Assembly: GCA_963665665.1 (NCBI GenBank)
Contig: OY762428.1
Span: 4,864,001 to 4,928,000, forward strand
DNA length: 64,000 bases
Source of the DNA: Candidatus Kapaibacterium sp.
Lineage (GTDB): Bacteria; Bacteroidota; Ignavibacteria; Kapaibacteriales; UBA2268
Direction: 5' to 3'
Below, piece by piece: positions 1-9,450 of the stretch; the first letter of the stretch is position 1, and each line of letters starts with the position of its first letter. Below the pieces are notes generated by a model. That model had not been told where the DNA came from and made no database searches. It saw only the letters and a program-made list of their open reading frames with translations. A program made the translations under genes and the position numbers.

Positions 1-1365
1 GGATTCAATCAATTCAGCCTTATCTTTTCCTAAATCGGTAATAACTATTTCATTTCCTGTAAGCACACATACATTATCAATTCTTGATGTTTTTTGCAGA
101 TCGGTAATAACTTCTCTTTGCTTCTCGGATCGCTCGATAACAAGCTTGTAGTTTATGGCATTCTTTTCATCATCAACAAGGCCGATAGCAAATGTAGAGG
201 AATCTATAACGCCACGCAGATGCATGTATAATTTAGTGATAATATCGTCAAAATTCAGAACAGATGTTATACTTTTACCTATTGAACCAAGCAGGGCAAG
301 ATTTTCGAGTGATTCCTGGAGGTCGGATGTCAGCCTGCCAAGTTCATTATTATTGTCTTCAAGGCGTTTGTTCTGCTCGAGAATAGTTTTGTTTGAACTA
401 CTTATATCACCGGCCATCTGGTTAAAGCTTTCCGAAAGGTCCTGTATCTCGTCCCCGGTTTTAATATTCACCCTTATATCAAGATCGCCTCTGCCAATGG
501 CGATTGCAGCATTCCTTAGTTTCTCTACGGGCTTGGTTATGCTCCTGGCCAGGGTAATTGAAATCAGAATTGCCAGAATTATTGAAATTACCACAACAAA
601 TATTTGAATTATCCTTATCGTATCTGCTTTTGCTTCTTTCTGAGCTGCTATCTGCCGGATTTTCTGATTTAGTTCGAACTCGCTGTTTATAAGAATAGTT
701 TCTAAAGAATCTATTTTCCTGAAAGTGGATATAAGTGAAATAAAATTATCAAGGTAAATATTCGAAAGTCTGTGAATCTCGGATTCTGTCCGGGGATTTC
801 CCACAACTTCCGAGGCTGTGGAGTTAAGCTTTTCAACAACATTTTTTACTTTGTCGATATATTTATTCTTGCGTCTCATAATATAATCTTTTTCACTTCT
901 GCGGGCCTGAAGCATATATACATATAATTGATAATTATTCATGGATTTTATGATATCTTCAATATTATGAACGCTTTCCCTGAAACGGCCCTCCACGCCG
1001 TGATTTTCATCCAAGCCCCTTACGCGGTATTGTTTCACGTATTCGTCAAACAGGCTTCTGTACTGCTTCTGCTTTTCAATCAAAAAACGTGTATCTTTTT
1101 CAGTTTTGTAATCGTCGATGGTTTTAACGAAGTCATTCATAAGGGAAGTGAAAACACCGGATAGCAGGGTATCCCTTTTGCGGGAAAAATCGGTACGAAC
1201 CTGTGATGATCTGAGAAGAAGTGTATGTGCCTTCCTGAAATTATCACGATTGTTCTGAACTTTGTAGGTATAAATAGAGATAAGAGCTACAAGTAATATC
1301 AATGCTCCAAGGCCGCTTGCAAGAAACAAAAGTTTCTTATATAAGGTCATCTTTAAATTTAACAT
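1..1365 (-). CDS. Membrane sensor protein with periplasmic helical domain, HAMP and GAF domains (runs off window start)
   Basis: Not in the ORF track because it has no stop in the window. Manual translation: MLNLKMTLYKKLLFLASGLGALILLVALIS (TM1)...IFVVVISIILAILISITLARSITKPVEKLRNAAIAIGRGDLDIRVNIKTGDEIQDLSESFNQM (TM2+HAMP)...IGKSITSVLNFDDII (GAF start). Alternative start at 1350. Confidence 0.85.
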   Translation of the reverse strand, partial: MLNLKMTLYKKLLFLASGLGALILLVALISIYTYKVQNNRDNFRKAHTLLLRSSQVRTDFSRKRDTLLSGVFTSLMNDFVKTIDDYKTEKDTRFLIEKQKQYRSLFDEYVKQYRVRGLDENHGVEGRFRESVHNIEDIIKSMNNYQLYVYMLQARRSEKDYIMRRKNKYIDKVKNVVEKLNSTASEVVGNPRTESEIHRLSNIYLDNFISLISTFRKIDSLETILINSEFELNQKIRQIAAQKEAKADTIRIIQIFVVVISIILAILISITLARSITKPVEKLRNAAIAIGRGDLDIRVNIKTGDEIQDLSESFNQMAGDISSSNKTILEQNKRLEDNNNELGRLTSDLQESLENLALLGSIGKSITSVLNFDDIITKLYMHLRGVIDSSTFAIGLVDDEKNAINYKLVIERSEKQREVITDLQKTSRIDNVCVLTGNEIVITDLGKDKAELIES

Positions 1366-1505
1366 TATCAAACCCAAACATCATCAAACCTAATCCATAC
1401 ATCAACAGCTTGCAAGATAGTATATGAAAGTGAACTCTGTTTGAATGAAATGTTAATTTTCAATGAAGTTCAAAAAAACAGATTTTCTGCCAATAGTAGA
1501 AAACG

Positions 1506-3293
1506 TTAACCTTCTTTGTCATCAAGTTGCAATTTTTCTATTCTTGATTTTATCGCTCCCCTCGACCGTTTAAAGTGTTTTGATAAATCTTTAATAGTAA
1601 TGCCTTCAGTATACATAATTGATAGTTTTTCATCATGGTTTTTAGTCCATGGTTTATATGCATTTTCGAATATTGTTCGAATATTTGCAACATTATTAGT
1701 TAGATCCTTTTTGAGACTTCCATCTGTTTTATTTTTTGTAATATTATGGTTAAGAAGTTCATTTTTTTCATCTTTTTTTCTAATTGGTAAAAAATATATA
1801 TGTTTTGATTGATTATAAAAATCCTTAATTAATGAATCTGGTAAATATAATCGGTTTTTAGTTCTAGTAATTGCTACATATATTAAATTAATTTCCTCAT
1901 TTATTTTGGTTAGAATATGCTCATTTATTTTTTTATCAGATAATAATATATCCATTTTCTCTTCAGTAATAAAGTCATTAACAATTTGAATTGCATCATA
2001 TTCCATACCTTTACAGCGATGAACTGTTGAAAATATAATTTCAGCTTCATCTTTATGATTATCATCAACATGTTTATTCTTTATTGTTTCCAGTATTTTC
2101 GGAATGTCATTACCATATTCTTTTACAATATCTATCATCATTTTTAATTGAATATCTTCGGTTTTATCTATGTAATCATTCAAATCCTTGATAGTTTTCA
2201 TTTTTTTGATTAGCTTGTCTTTTATCAATCTATGTTTACCAATATAAAGATTTAAAACATCATAAAGAGAGGCTCCTTCATCTGCATAGGTATAAGAGCT
2301 AATGTTACCTTCGAAATAGATTTTCTTAACTTTTTTCTTCTCTGTAACATAAGCTATTGCCTTTTGCAATAAACCCAAATTTGTCCTTGCAATAACAGCT
2401 TTGGTAATAATTCTATCAGAAATTCCTACTCCTGAAATATTGAGCTCTACGTTATAATTTAATTTTTTCTTCCATTTTAAAATTTCCATTGCAAGATCTG
2501 CAATATCCTGACTAAATCTAAAACTTTTTGAAAGGTTGAAGTTTTTAAAATTTGACTTTTCAAGAGAATTTATTGCAAAACGCCAACCATAAATCTGTTG
2601 ATGTGTATCGCCAACAAGGACTTTTACTGATTTTTGGTTATAAAAAACATTAAGCATTGCGGCAGAAGCATCTTGTCCTTCGTCGAAAAGAATATAATCA
2701 TAATGTAATTTTGGTTTTGAAAGTTGAAATTTTTTTAAATAAAAATCATGAGTAATTGCAATTTCACTTCTGTCCATTTTTCCAAGAAATAATCTTGTCT
2801 GTTTAACAATGTAATTATAATAATTTGAAACAAATAACTTTGACTTTTTATCTGATATAATATCTAAATAATTGAGATCGGTTACTTTTTCTTTATCACT
2901 ATTGCAAAAATATAACATAAATTTATTTATAAAATTTGCTATTATAAATTCTGAATATTCATCTCCAAAGTTTTTTATTCTTAATAACTCTGTAATTTCG
3001 TGTGTTTTATAACCATGAGATTTTATCTTATAGTTACCATTAAAAACAATATTTTTATAAGCTAACGAATGAGCTGTTTCAACTTTTACATTATATAAAC
3101 CGATATTATTAAATTTATTAGCTGCTTCTAATTTTACTGATTTATTAAATGCAAGATATAAAATTTTACAATTTCTGGGTCTAGCTTTTGCATATTCAAT
3201 CAAGGTAGTTGTTTTCCCAGAACCAGCAACAGCATTTATTTTAATATTGCCAGAAGAGCTAATTATATCTTTTTGTTCATCTGTTAACATCAT
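1506..3293 (-). CDS. UvrD/REP-like superfamily 1 helicase with C-terminal HTH-like tail
   Basis: LTDEQ Q-motif, AVAGSGKTT Walker A, ILFDEGQD, VGDTHQQIY, STVHRCKGMEY, IYVAITR; very AT-rich. Confidence 0.9.
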   Translation of the reverse strand: MMLTDEQKDIISSSGNIKINAVAGSGKTTTLIEYAKARPRNCKILYLAFNKSVKLEAANKFNNIGLYNVKVETAHSLAYKNIVFNGNYKIKSHGYKTHEITELLRIKNFGDEYSEFIIANFINKFMLYFCNSDKEKVTDLNYLDIISDKKSKLFVSNYYNYIVKQTRLFLGKMDRSEIAITHDFYLKKFQLSKPKLHYDYILFDEGQDASAAMLNVFYNQKSVKVLVGDTHQQIYGWRFAINSLEKSNFKNFNLSKSFRFSQDIADLAMEILKWKKKLNYNVELNISGVGISDRIITKAVIARTNLGLLQKAIAYVTEKKKVKKIYFEGNISSYTYADEGASLYDVLNLYIGKHRLIKDKLIKKMKTIKDLNDYIDKTEDIQLKMMIDIVKEYGNDIPKILETIKNKHVDDNHKDEAEIIFSTVHRCKGMEYDAIQIVNDFITEEKMDILLSDKKINEHILTKINEEINLIYVAITRTKNRLYLPDSLIKDFYNQSKHIYFLPIRKKDEKNELLNHNITKNKTDGSLKKDLTNNVANIRTIFENAYKPWTKNHDEKLSIMYTEGITIKDLSKHFKRSRGAIKSRIEKLQLDDKEG

Positions 3294-3350
3294 AATAAAA
3301 AAATTAACAAAAAAATTTTAATTATTTCATTTAAATTACAAAAACTACTT

Positions 3351-4151
3351 TCATTTCCTGCCCTGAAACAAGGTGTATGTATAAAAACCATAATAATCAG
3401 GATCAGCAGGTAAGAAATTTTCTGAATCCGCTATGCAAAGACTCTGGAATTGTTCCCAATCTTCTTTCGAAACCTCATTCCGGCTGCTGCCCCAGAACAT
3501 TTGAAAAAATATTGCAAGTGCTTTCTTATGATCTTCGCTCAAAGGGCCGCTGATATCACCTGCAAAGGTTTTTGCTTTAACATCGCTAAAACCTGCATTC
3601 CTAAGCCAGTTTAGGGCGTATAAGATATGATTCTCATGTTTCATATCTTCAATGTAGGGAGCATTAGCCTTCTCGGATGAGTTTAGCCTTCCTTCCAGCA
3701 ATGGATAGCCCGGGAGCAGCTTTTGTGACGACCAGAAAAGCAGGTTGACTGTGCCCCCCGGCTTTAATGTTTCGTGGAACTGCCGAAGTATTGCATCAGG
3801 TTTTTCAGCCGGGCAGCCATATTCTTCAGGGCCGGCCCAAACTGTATCCATACTCCATATCCAGTCGAAGGAATTTTCAGGCAGTTCAAGATGATTAATA
3901 TCCCCCTGAACAAATTTGATATTTTTAGGTCTGTGATTAATTGCATGGTTTATAAATTCCGAAGAATAGTCCAGCCCCAGAATACTCCCTTCCGCAGAAA
4001 TCCTTTCAGCCAACAATTTAGTAATGCTTCCGATACCACAGCCAATATCAATACCATCGCTTACAGGGGCAATATTGATATTATCAATAATTTTTTTAAT
4101 CAAAGGTTCTCTGAACTTTGACAACAATTCATAAGTATTAATCTGATTCAA
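3351..4151 (-). CDS. Class I SAM-dependent methyltransferase
   Basis: DIGCGIG motif I, GLDYS, FDWIWS, LKPGG. Confidence 0.85.
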   Translation of the reverse strand: MNQINTYELLSKFREPLIKKIIDNINIAPVSDGIDIGCGIGSITKLLAERISAEGSILGLDYSSEFINHAINHRPKNIKFVQGDINHLELPENSFDWIWSMDTVWAGPEEYGCPAEKPDAILRQFHETLKPGGTVNLLFWSSQKLLPGYPLLEGRLNSSEKANAPYIEDMKHENHILYALNWLRNAGFSDVKAKTFAGDISGPLSEDHKKALAIFFQMFWGSSRNEVSKEDWEQFQSLCIADSENFLPADPDYYGFYTYTLFQGRK

Positions 4152-4241
4152 TGCTTTCCTTACTCACTTATTCGGAAAATTTTATATCAATGAAAAATTA
4201 CAGGTTTAAACCCAATGGATTTTAATAGTTTAACTGGATGG

Positions 4242-4664
4242 TCAGCTATCAAGAATATCGTTGTAATCAACAGTTATATTCATTTTGGTAGTAACAAAAT
4301 CTCTTATTTTTTTTGCAAAAACCATGGCATCTTCAACAATTCCATTAGAAAGAAAAATGGTCTCATTCGGATATCTTATTTCTACAGCATAACCCTGCAA
4401 TTCCGTAACAATATCAAAATAGCGGCCGAAATCCGGATCTGTCTCAGTTATTAAATCAAGTAAATAGGCCAAATCATGAGAATATCTAAAATCAGTATTT
4501 CTATAAATCAGGAAAGCCTTAAAATATTTCTCAATTGCCTGTTGGCAATGAAAGGTTACAGTATCAAGATATTCGGGTATATTAAGATAAGTTATTTTGG
4601 CAGTACCCAGATCATGGTCACCTTTTCTGATCCATTGCTTTATATCGTTAATTGGATCGTTCAT
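4242..4664 (-). CDS. HEPN domain protein
   Basis: FHCQQAIEKYFKA, RYSHDL, RYP motifs; start taken as MNDPIND, overlapping the end of the upstream MNT gene. Confidence 0.85.
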   Translation of the reverse strand: MNDPINDIKQWIRKGDHDLGTAKITYLNIPEYLDTVTFHCQQAIEKYFKAFLIYRNTDFRYSHDLAYLLDLITETDPDFGRYFDIVTELQGYAVEIRYPNETIFLSNGIVEDAMVFAKKIRDFVTTKMNITVDYNDILDS

Positions 4665-4968
4665 ACAAAGTTTTTCCATAATTTAAAACTTGATATACAA
4701 AACCATGTTTGTCATCTTTCGATTTCTCTATTTCACTTGGAGTATAAACTATTATATCAATCGGAATTCCGGTTCCCAGTAATATTTTTCTAACAAAAAA
4801 GGTTCTCTGCGGCCTTGGCAAGTCGCTGTCTTTTATAACAAACAAGTCTAAATCACTATTCTCATCCTGATTTCCAATAGCATAAGAACCGAAAAGTATG
4901 ATTTTTTCGGGATTGTAACCTGCTACAATCTTTTTAATAACTTCCGATATTTTATCTGCATCAATCAT
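4648..4968 (-). CDS. Minimal nucleotidyltransferase (MNT) of an MNT-HEPN pair
   Basis: IILFGSYA..SDLDLFVI motif; true start likely MIDADK (4968), since the longer ORF overlaps the upstream gene and terminator. Confidence 0.85.
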   Translation of the reverse strand: MIDADKISEVIKKIVAGYNPEKIILFGSYAIGNQDENSDLDLFVIKDSDLPRPQRTFFVRKILLGTGIPIDIIVYTPSEIEKSKDDKHGFVYQVLNYGKTLYERSN

Positions 4969-5033
4969 AATTGCCAACAATATACAATTTTTTTTTAAAG
5001 AATCAATAGAAAGCTGGCAGGGCAAATTGCTAT

Positions 5034-5073
5034 AAAAAAAATTCATCCGATGACTGCCTGCCACCGGATGAAT
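5034..5073 (-). terminator. Intrinsic terminator of the ECF operon
   Basis: attcatccg...cggatgaat stem with an adjacent A-run (U-run on minus strand) just after the 5084 stop. Confidence 0.6.
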
Positions 5074-5083
5074 CATTCTGAAA

Positions 5084-6049
5084 TCAGTCTTTTTCAAATT
5101 TATAAATGCTGCATGGATTTTTTCCGCTGGCCCATATGGTTTCCTGATCCAGAATAAATATCTGGTCAATTCTGTTATCGAAAAGATGGCCGCTATCCTG
5201 CCAGGTTTCACCACCATCAATTGATACGATAAATCCGCCTCCGTCATTTCTTGACCCGCAGGCTCCGTAAGCAACTTTATCATTAACAAATTCAATATCA
5301 CTTATACCGAATGCTGTATTCGATTCCAGTTCAATCCATGATTTCCCGCCGTCAGTGCTTTTTAGCAATGTTCCCCAGTTACCGCCAATAAGAATAGTAC
5401 CATTGGGGGCAACACAAATATCCTGAAGGTAGGAGTTTACCGTTTCCATTATTTCCCAGGTCTCCCCACCGTCGTTAGTTTTCATTATGTAGCCTATCTG
5501 CCAGCTTTTACCATCAGTATAAACAAATGTTCCTACTGTCATTATACCGTTGTCCGCATCAAAGAAGTGCATTGTAGATACCCAGTCTGCAACGGGAAGC
5601 TTAAACTTTTCCCAGTTGGCGCCGCCGTCTGTAGTCCTGAATACGTGCCCGTGCCTGGTAGCCACCCAGCCGGTATTTTCATCAACAAAGAATAAATTAC
5701 TAAGGTAAGTTTTTGTAATATCCAGGCTGATGTCCTGCCATGTTTTACCCCCGTCCTCGGTTTTCATTATTGTGCCATACTCGCCGCATACATACCCCTT
5801 GGTTTCACTGACAAACTGCATCCCCCACAATTCCTGCTTTGTACCTGTATAAATATACTCCCAGCTTTTGCCGCCGTCGGTTGTTTCCGCCATGTATCCG
5901 TCGGGAGCAATCATAAGCCCTTCCAGTTCATTGAAGAAAATAAAATCGCGGGAGAAATATGCTCTTTCTGTAAATATTTTATTCCACTCAGCCTGCAAGG
6001 TGTTCATACCTGCAATTACGAGAATTATTAAAATTATTATCTTTTTCAT
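5084..6049 (-). CDS. Secreted YCF48/BNR (Asp-box) beta-propeller protein
   Basis: Signal peptide; repeated T-x-DGGxxW Asp-boxes. Confidence 0.85.
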   Translation of the reverse strand: MKKIIILIILVIAGMNTLQAEWNKIFTERAYFSRDFIFFNELEGLMIAPDGYMAETTDGGKSWEYIYTGTKQELWGMQFVSETKGYVCGEYGTIMKTEDGGKTWQDISLDITKTYLSNLFFVDENTGWVATRHGHVFRTTDGGANWEKFKLPVADWVSTMHFFDADNGIMTVGTFVYTDGKSWQIGYIMKTNDGGETWEIMETVNSYLQDICVAPNGTILIGGNWGTLLKSTDGGKSWIELESNTAFGISDIEFVNDKVAYGACGSRNDGGGFIVSIDGGETWQDSGHLFDNRIDQIFILDQETIWASGKNPCSIYKFEKD

Positions 6050-6063
6050 TTTACTACCAAAAA

Positions 6064-7821
6064 TTATTGTTTAACAAATCTGATCACAGCTACTTCGCCC
6101 ATGTTTGTTTTCACCGAAGCAAGGTAGATACCCGGCTGCAGGCCGCTAAGATTAATATTTATTGTATATTCACCCGGACTGAGCAATTGTTCGTTCCGAA
6201 TTTCCCGGACAAAATCTCCGTTTGTTCTGTAAAGATTAATACTAACCTTTGCCGAATTATTTATCCTGAATTTCATTGATGTGGAATTCAGCGCCGGATT
6301 AGGAAAAATATTCTGTATGCTTACCGGGCCGGAAGATATCCTGCAAATATCATAGAAAGATTCGTCTTCGTTGAATCCCTTGCAGGCTTCTTCTTCAGGC
6401 ATTGCTCCTGAACGTATCTGCCTGAGTATTTCGGCTTCCTTTCTTAATTTTTTGGCATAACGATCCGGTAGTGCGTTTAAAAATTCATCCGTTGGATAGT
6501 ACCAGAGTACAACCCTTTCGGCGTAGTAGTCATCATGATTATCGAAATATTCATTCAAATTTATCTCTACCGGAACCATATCTTTGTAATAAGGATCGCT
6601 ATTTGTCAGGAAAAGCGGATGCCTCGGGTTATGGATGAAGAACAAGGGCGTTTTAAATACGCGATTAAGAATATTATCTCTTTTGTCTTTATAAGTACAT
6701 GTATAAAGAAGCGGCGAGATTCCGGAATACCCGTCAATACCTTGGCCGTCATAATTTTGCAGGTTGATATCCAATCCTATAGCAGATTTTATTTGTCCAA
6801 GGCGGTTCATTTCTTCGTTTGCGAGTTGTGCTTTTCTTCTCTTTTCTTCCGGCCAGCGGCTGTCATAACCATGATAGTCCAGGTCTTTCATCTTACGGCT
6901 TATTTCTTCTTTTTTATCTCTTATTTTCCAGTCTTTTATTTCGACGGCTATATGTTCTTTCACACAGAAGAGGCTTCCGTCCAAAGGATATTCGGCTTTT
7001 ACATATTTCTGAACCTCTTCACTATTGCGGTATTCATCCAGTCTTTTATAATCAATCGGGTGAATTCGGTCAGTTCTTTCAGTTATAAATTCAACTGTAT
7101 TGCCTGTTAACTTTACTCCGATCTTTTCAAGTTCTTCCCTGTTAAGATTCAGGACAACTATTCCGCCTATACTGTGCCCTGTTCTTTTATCGTTGGCCGA
7201 AGGGTGCAGAAGTATGCTGGTGTTATCTTTCCCTCCGCTTCCAATAGCAAATGATGTAGTGGTATTACTGCTACCGTTATTTTCCACTGATCTGAGTTTT
7301 CGGACAATTCTGCCTTTGTATTTTAAAACTCCGTTATTTTCTTCAATACTCTTTCCCTCGTTTGGATATTCATAATATTCAATTATCCTTCTCTGCTTAA
7401 TATCCTCTTTCTTTTCAGATTTGTCCTTTCCTTTTTCTTTTGGTGATTCATCTGAATTAATATTATCTGATATAATATTATTTTCTAATAATTTAACTGT
7501 ATTCACATCAGAATTGCTTTTATCGCTTTTCTCAGTCGTTTTCGTGATTATATTTGAATTTGCTGTGCCCAGGGCAGTTGTTGTTACAACGTTTTCATCC
7601 GCCTGGTTTGTGAATATCAGCATTAACGCGCTGACTAAAATACCTGCTCCCGTGAGTGGCATGATTAACCTCCTGAAAATCTTTGGTTTAACATTTGATA
7701 AATTCGTTTGTACAGATTTTTTATCAATAATGCTCCGGAGCATATCTTCGCTTAAAAGTTCTTCCCGGTTGCGCAATTGGCCGAGATCTTCCAAACTTTT
7801 ATTTAAATCGATTTTTTTCAT
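6064..7821 (-). CDS. Putative anti-sigma factor with internal TM helix and C-terminal T9SS type A sorting domain
   Basis: About 50-aa charged N-terminus, TM (LIMPLTGAGILVSALMLIF), low-complexity linker, CTD IFPNPA...LQPGIYLASVKT...RFVKQ; directly downstream of an ECF sigma gene. Confidence 0.7.
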   Translation of the reverse strand: MKKIDLNKSLEDLGQLRNREELLSEDMLRSIIDKKSVQTNLSNVKPKIFRRLIMPLTGAGILVSALMLIFTNQADENVVTTTALGTANSNIITKTTEKSDKSNSDVNTVKLLENNIISDNINSDESPKEKGKDKSEKKEDIKQRRIIEYYEYPNEGKSIEENNGVLKYKGRIVRKLRSVENNGSSNTTTSFAIGSGGKDNTSILLHPSANDKRTGHSIGGIVVLNLNREELEKIGVKLTGNTVEFITERTDRIHPIDYKRLDEYRNSEEVQKYVKAEYPLDGSLFCVKEHIAVEIKDWKIRDKKEEISRKMKDLDYHGYDSRWPEEKRRKAQLANEEMNRLGQIKSAIGLDINLQNYDGQGIDGYSGISPLLYTCTYKDKRDNILNRVFKTPLFFIHNPRHPLFLTNSDPYYKDMVPVEINLNEYFDNHDDYYAERVVLWYYPTDEFLNALPDRYAKKLRKEAEILRQIRSGAMPEEEACKGFNEDESFYDICRISSGPVSIQNIFPNPALNSTSMKFRINNSAKVSINLYRTNGDFVREIRNEQLLSPGEYTININLSGLQPGIYLASVKTNMGEVAVIRFVKQ

Positions 7822-7834
7822 TATTCAACCCGAG

Positions 7835-8374
7835 TTATATTTTCATTGAAACGGTTTTAATATCCCGAATGCTGTTTTCTGATACCTCGATACCAAGTTC
7901 TTTCCTTACAAGCTTCTTTGCTCTGAACAGGCGCAGCTTTACGTTAGATAGCGAAGTATTCATAATATTTGCAATTTCCTTTTGGCTAAAGCCCTGAATA
8001 TAGAACAATATCAGTGTTTCCCTGTATTTAGAATCCAAATGGTTTATTGCCTCCATCATCAGGTTTATATCGCACCTGATTTCCGGGCTGACTTCCTGCA
8101 TTTTCAGATTGTCCAAAACGCTTTGGTCAGTGGCATCAAACCTTGCAAGCCTGCTCCTGTTCTTGTTGTAAAGCCGGTAGGCTATAGTAAACAGATAGCT
8201 GAGGAAAGCCTGTTTGTTCTTCAGTCTGTCAAATCCCTCGAAAGCTGCCAGCACGGTTGAAGCTGTAAGGTCTTTCGCCTTATCGCGGCTACCTGTAATT
8301 ACAATGGCGAACCTTTCCAGCCTCTCCTTCAGCGGCATGTAGAGTTCAAGGAATTCATCATTCTTGTTTTTCAA
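7835..8374 (-). CDS. ECF RNA polymerase sigma factor
   Basis: AKDLTASTVLAAF, AFLSYLFTIAYR, region 4 FSQKEIANIMNTSLSNVKLRLFRAKK; TTG start. Confidence 0.9.
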   Translation of the reverse strand: MKNKNDEFLELYMPLKERLERFAIVITGSRDKAKDLTASTVLAAFEGFDRLKNKQAFLSYLFTIAYRLYNKNRSRLARFDATDQSVLDNLKMQEVSPEIRCDINLMMEAINHLDSKYRETLILFYIQGFSQKEIANIMNTSLSNVKLRLFRAKKLVRKELGIEVSENSIRDIKTVSMKI

Positions 8375-8423
8375 ATCAATAATTAACCGGTTAATAAAAC
8401 AAATTCGCGCTTTAATTTCACAG

Positions 8424-8452
8424 TATGTTCCGCAAAATCCAAAAAGGTTACA
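8424..8452 (-). promoter_or_regulatory. ECF-type promoter, probably autoregulatory
   Basis: Minus strand TGTAACC-N15-GAACATA, about 50 bp upstream of the sigma gene. Confidence 0.45.
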
Positions 8453-8663
8453 AGAATTGCAAAATTATTTTTTTGGCCCCGGTGTTTGGCAATGATACTT
8501 AAGGAACAATATACATGTAATAATAATAATATCTAATATCTTGTAAAAAAATTGTATCTGAATCACAGCCACAGGAAGCAGGATGATTAACAACAATCAC
8601 GGGAATAAAGCCGGAGTAAGCTATCGGAAAGGATTCCAAAGCCGGCAGCGGGTTAATTACCCT

Positions 8664-9130
8664 CATCCGACAGAAATCCTGTGCTAAATGATCATTGAGT
8701 TTGCCGGGCATAGTAAACTTCAATGTTTGTATATCCTATATTCACCCGGAAAAAACAAATACCGGCTCTTCCGTACCAAAACATCAATTGAAAATAGGGA
8801 TCGACCGTTCTAATAGAACGAATTTCTATATCAAAAAAGTGAAACTCTGTGTTTTCTGAGTAGAATTTTACCTGAAAAAGTGTCTCGGAAGGCACGAGGG
8901 AACGCTCGGAAAGCATGGGGGAACGCTCGGAAAGCATGAGGGAATGCTCGGAAAGGACGAGGGAATGCTCGGAAGGCTCAGGGGAATACTCGGAAAGGAC
9001 GAGGGAACGCTCGGAAAGGACGGGGGAACGCTCGGAAAGGACGAGGGAATGCTCGGAAAGGACGGGGGAACGCTCGGAAAGGACGGGGGAACGCTCGGAA
9101 GGCTCAGGGGAATACTATTATTGCACAAAA
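8664..9130 (+). repeat. Dispersed 21-bp-periodic element, copy A (leader + 11 x 21-bp array + TTATTGCACAAAA)
   Basis: Array 8884-9114, consensus CTCGGAAAGGACGRGGGAAYG; leader 8664-8895 colinear with the reverse complement of 39924-40155. Confidence 0.9.
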
Positions 9131-9450
9131 CAAGGGATTCTATGCGTGATAAATCGTTTACGGAGGATATGAGAACAGCGACGAGTTCAGAGACCGCTAT
9201 CGCTGCAGGTCGGGCATTGATGCTACTAACTCGCGATACGTACAGATGGACGGAGCACGCGGCGGTATCGTTACCGGGGCCTGGCGAATAAAAAATACAA
9301 AGACAGTATTTTTACCTATTGCCATGATAAATATTTTACTTAATTTTGAAGTCGTTAACTTTATACTTTTGAAAAGTTTATGTTTTGATATGATTAGCAT
9401 GGTAAATTGACCTTTTTGTTTTTTGGAATTTAAGTGAAAGGACGGAAGAA

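Noticed and set aside
155-607. Plus-strand 150-aa ORF and similar antisense ORFs (53680-54183, 58666-59328, 60864-61535)
   Set aside because: Shadows of well-supported genes on the opposite strand
4969-5301. N-terminal extension of the MNT ORF
   Set aside because: Overlaps the upstream gene and its terminator; homology starts at MIDADK
8664-8895. DGR template/variable repeat pair with 39924-40155
   Set aside because: Mismatches involve all four bases rather than only adenines; neither copy is in a gene, and no RT is in the window
8884-9114. CRISPR array
   Set aside because: Units are contiguous 21-mers with no unique spacers, and no cas genes are present
9131-9290. tRNA, SRP or 6S RNA
   Set aside because: No T-loop GTTCRA or cloverleaf, no SRP GGAA-loop/AGCAG motif, and no convincing end-to-end pairing
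8868-9291. ORFs with PSFPSVP / ERSE / TLGKDG heptads (also 39495-39903)
   Set aside because: Open in several frames on both strands because of the repeat; no RBS, and no frame is conserved between the copies
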